Notes under the pieces: generated by a model
What the model saw: the letters and a program-made list of their open reading frames with translations, nothing else
Database searches by the model: none
Told to the model about the DNA's origin: nothing
Position numbers and translations under genes: made by a program
Part shown: piece after piece, positions 61,398-64,000 of the stretch
Layout: the number at the start of each line of letters is the position of its first letter
Position numbering within the stretch: position 1 is the stretch's first letter
Source: Macrostomum lignano
Lineage: Eukaryota
Assembly (NCBI GenBank): GCA_002269645.1
Contig: NIVC01000861.1
Coordinates: 362,360 to 426,359 of the forward strand
Direction of reading: 5' to 3'
DNA length: 64,000 nucleotides

Positions 61398-62322
61398 TTC
61401 CATTATCGATCGGGGGAGGAAAACTGAGGGTGCCATTTCCTCTATGACAAACAAGACATGCACCCCTTAGTGTGGGGAATACCGGCATGCGCAGTCTAGT
61501 TATATTACTTGGTCTGTGGTACAGTGTGTTAGCTTATAAAATATACTGATTGCAGAGGAACGATCCTCGCCAGAAGTTTGAGAATGTGACTCCAGAGATC
61601 ACACAGAGAAAGTACCATCGGGTCCATTGTTCGTTGTCTTTCTGAACTGTTGGCAGAAGGAAACATTTATGGGGAAAGCCATGATAATAAAACGTTTCAC
61701 TCAGGAGTTTGGACTTGTGTAACACTAAGCATTAGGACATTTGCGTTGACGGTCGAAATATGTCTCAATTTTTACTTCTAGCGTTTTGGCTTATAGATAC
61801 GATCTACCGATTGCCTTCCCGGAATGAAAGAATGCCAGCTAATGCAATAGAAAATGTGAGGAATACTCTTATCTGTGGTCGCAGGTATTTAAGCATTTCG
61901 GCGCCACTACACGAGTCGAGTTTTACACGATCTGAACTTTATGTTCTGGGCACCTTAGGAGCTACGAGTACTTTTACGGGTTAAAGTCTGTATATTTTAG
62001 CTCGTAAAAAGAACTCGTCTAAAACTTTATCATCTTAAGTTTGCCTCTGACTTCATTGAAAACACTTTAAATAAACATGTATGTAGATTCTTCGAGGTCT
62101 GTCGTGTACTTGGTAACCAAGCAAACAATGAGCAATATTTATCCAAGTCATTTGCTGCCCTTTTGGAAACCAAGCAGCTCACGACATTGGCAAACAGTGC
62201 GGTAGGCAGAACACGGCCAGTCGGGGCATGGATTCAAATGCAAATAAGAATTACTAAGTTAATCATTCACCATAAACAAACATAACCTGAGAACCTGAGA
62301 ACGCAGAAATGACGCACAAGGC

Positions 62323-62337
62323 GCCTATATAAAATAA
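62323..62337 (+). promoter_or_regulatory. TATA box upstream of monooxygenase copy 6
   Basis: gcctatataaaa ~70 nt upstream of ATG 62402. Confidence 0.5.
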
Positions 62338-62401
62338 AAGATGCGTGGAAAAGAATGAACGACAGAGCCGCAAATCTGCAGCTTTGAACCCGACCCGAAT
62401 C

Positions 62402-64000
62402 ATGAAACTTGGAATCAGCTTAATAGCGACTGCAGCCGTTGTGCTGCAGACTGTACACGGCTACTCAAGTTTCAAGTCGAGGATACCCAACGGAGATCGC
62501 GTCCCGAACCCGTGCCAGGTGGGCACCATCTGGGCCGGAGTGGGGCACGAGAGTGCGGTTGGAGCCGACACTCGCAACAAGTTCGGTTTAGACTTCAAGG
62601 CGGCCGGGCTCCAGTGGACGGTCGACCTGTGCCGCAAGGACTCGGACGGCGACGGACTCACGAACGGCCAAGAGCTCGGAGACCCCGACTGCGTGTGGAA
62701 GGTCGGAGCCACTCCGGCGCGTACGACTGGACTGTCCCACCCTGGAATTTGCGAGTTCGGCTCCACAAAATGCAGCAACGCGTGGAACGTGTGCCCAAAA
62801 GCATTCAGCTGTCCAGCCATGAATGACCCCAGTGTGACCGTGAGAAACTTCACCATCAACAAGAACACCCCGGTTCCAGCGAAGGAAACCACGTATGTCT
62901 GTCAGGCGTTCGAGCTGAACAACACCGCCACGCCTGTTCACCTGATCGGATCAAAGCCAATCATTGACAACAAGAACGTCATGCACCACATGATCATGTA
63001 CGCCTGCTCTTCGAAGCCGAATCAGACGTTTTTCGACGCCCCGCAGGAGTGCTTTATGGCCCGCTCGGACTGCAATGAGATAGTCAATCTGTGGGCATTC
63101 GGGCTCGAGGGCGAGTGCTATAACAACAACACCGGCTATCGCATCGGAGGCGAGGGCTATCGCTACGCAATGCTGGAGCTCCACTGGAACAATCCGGCTA
63201 AGCTCAGTACATATACAGACTCATCTGGCTTGGCGCTCTACTTCACCCCCAACCTGAGAAAATACGACCAGGGCACTGCAATGTACGGCGAAGGCAATCT
63301 CGTGCTTCCGCCGCGTCAGCCAGTGGTTAATTTTAACCACACTTGCCCGTCGGTGTGCACGGAGAAGTACCACACGGAGACGCGCTACATCACCGGAGCC
63401 GGCATCCACATGCACGGCTACGGAGTGCAGGGCCGCATCTCGCTATGGCGAAATGGAACTCTCGTCAAGGATTTGCATCCGCTGCAGGCCTACGATTACA
63501 ACTCGCCTAAAATGAACATGTTCGATCCGCCAATCGAATACCGCAGAGGTGACGAAGTTAAAACTGAATGCTACTTCAGCACTCTAAAGTCCAATAAAAC
63601 AATTTACTTCGGCGAAGGAACTAGTGACGAAATGTGCCTGTCGTTTCTGTCCTATTATCCCAACAATGTCAGCAAGCCGAATTCTGAAAAGCTGGGCAGC
63701 TGCATCGCCGTCTCCGGAATCAGTGCTGGGTGCAGAGCGCATCGAGCCTCACATAGAGCGGGAATGCAACATCACAGACATGCGAAACGGCAACCTCACT
63801 GAACAGGTATCAGCCGAAATGACAGCCAATGGATGCTTTCTCCAAGACCGGCTGCAATCCAAAATGCCGTGACTATCTCAACAACACCCTGTGGCGCGTC
63901 GAACGCCTGCCTACGATCCGAAGCGAGCGCTTCAGATGACCGAGACAATGGCCACGGGATATCTGATAAATCAGTCACGCAAGCCGACCTTTATTAAGAC
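62402..64000 (+). CDS. Temptin-domain copper type II monooxygenase, copy 6 (most divergent); indels after ~63720; runs off window
   Basis: MKLGISLIATAAVVLQTVHG signal peptide, temptin domain, HHM, LHWNN, HMH, DEMC. Homologous sequence continues in shifted frames (IEPHIERECNITDMRNG; KTGCNPKCRDYLNNTLW; YDPKR). Confidence 0.85.

Overview
Eukaryotic (invertebrate animal) genomic DNA with GT-AG introns and abundant mini/microsatellites, SINEs and degraded transposons. The style suggests a free-living flatworm such as Macrostomum, but that is an unverified guess. The left end carries a 7-exon SLC20/PiT phosphate transporter (minus) and an intronless LicD/fukutin-family gene (minus). From 13.8 kb to the window end lies a cluster of six intronless paralogs encoding signal peptide + temptin-like domain + copper type II (DBH/PHM/MOXD1-like) monooxygenase, separated by TE relics. 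The cluster appears to be diversifying. Copies 2 and 3 are ~99% identical in non-coding flanks but differ at ~43 residues confined to the copper-domain region. Copies are sequence mosaics. Two keep a C-terminal membrane anchor while three lost it, with a relic still visible past their stop. Copy 1 has a CuM His->Tyr change, and copy 4 has a stop just after the temptin domain. All counts are manual; no database searches were run.
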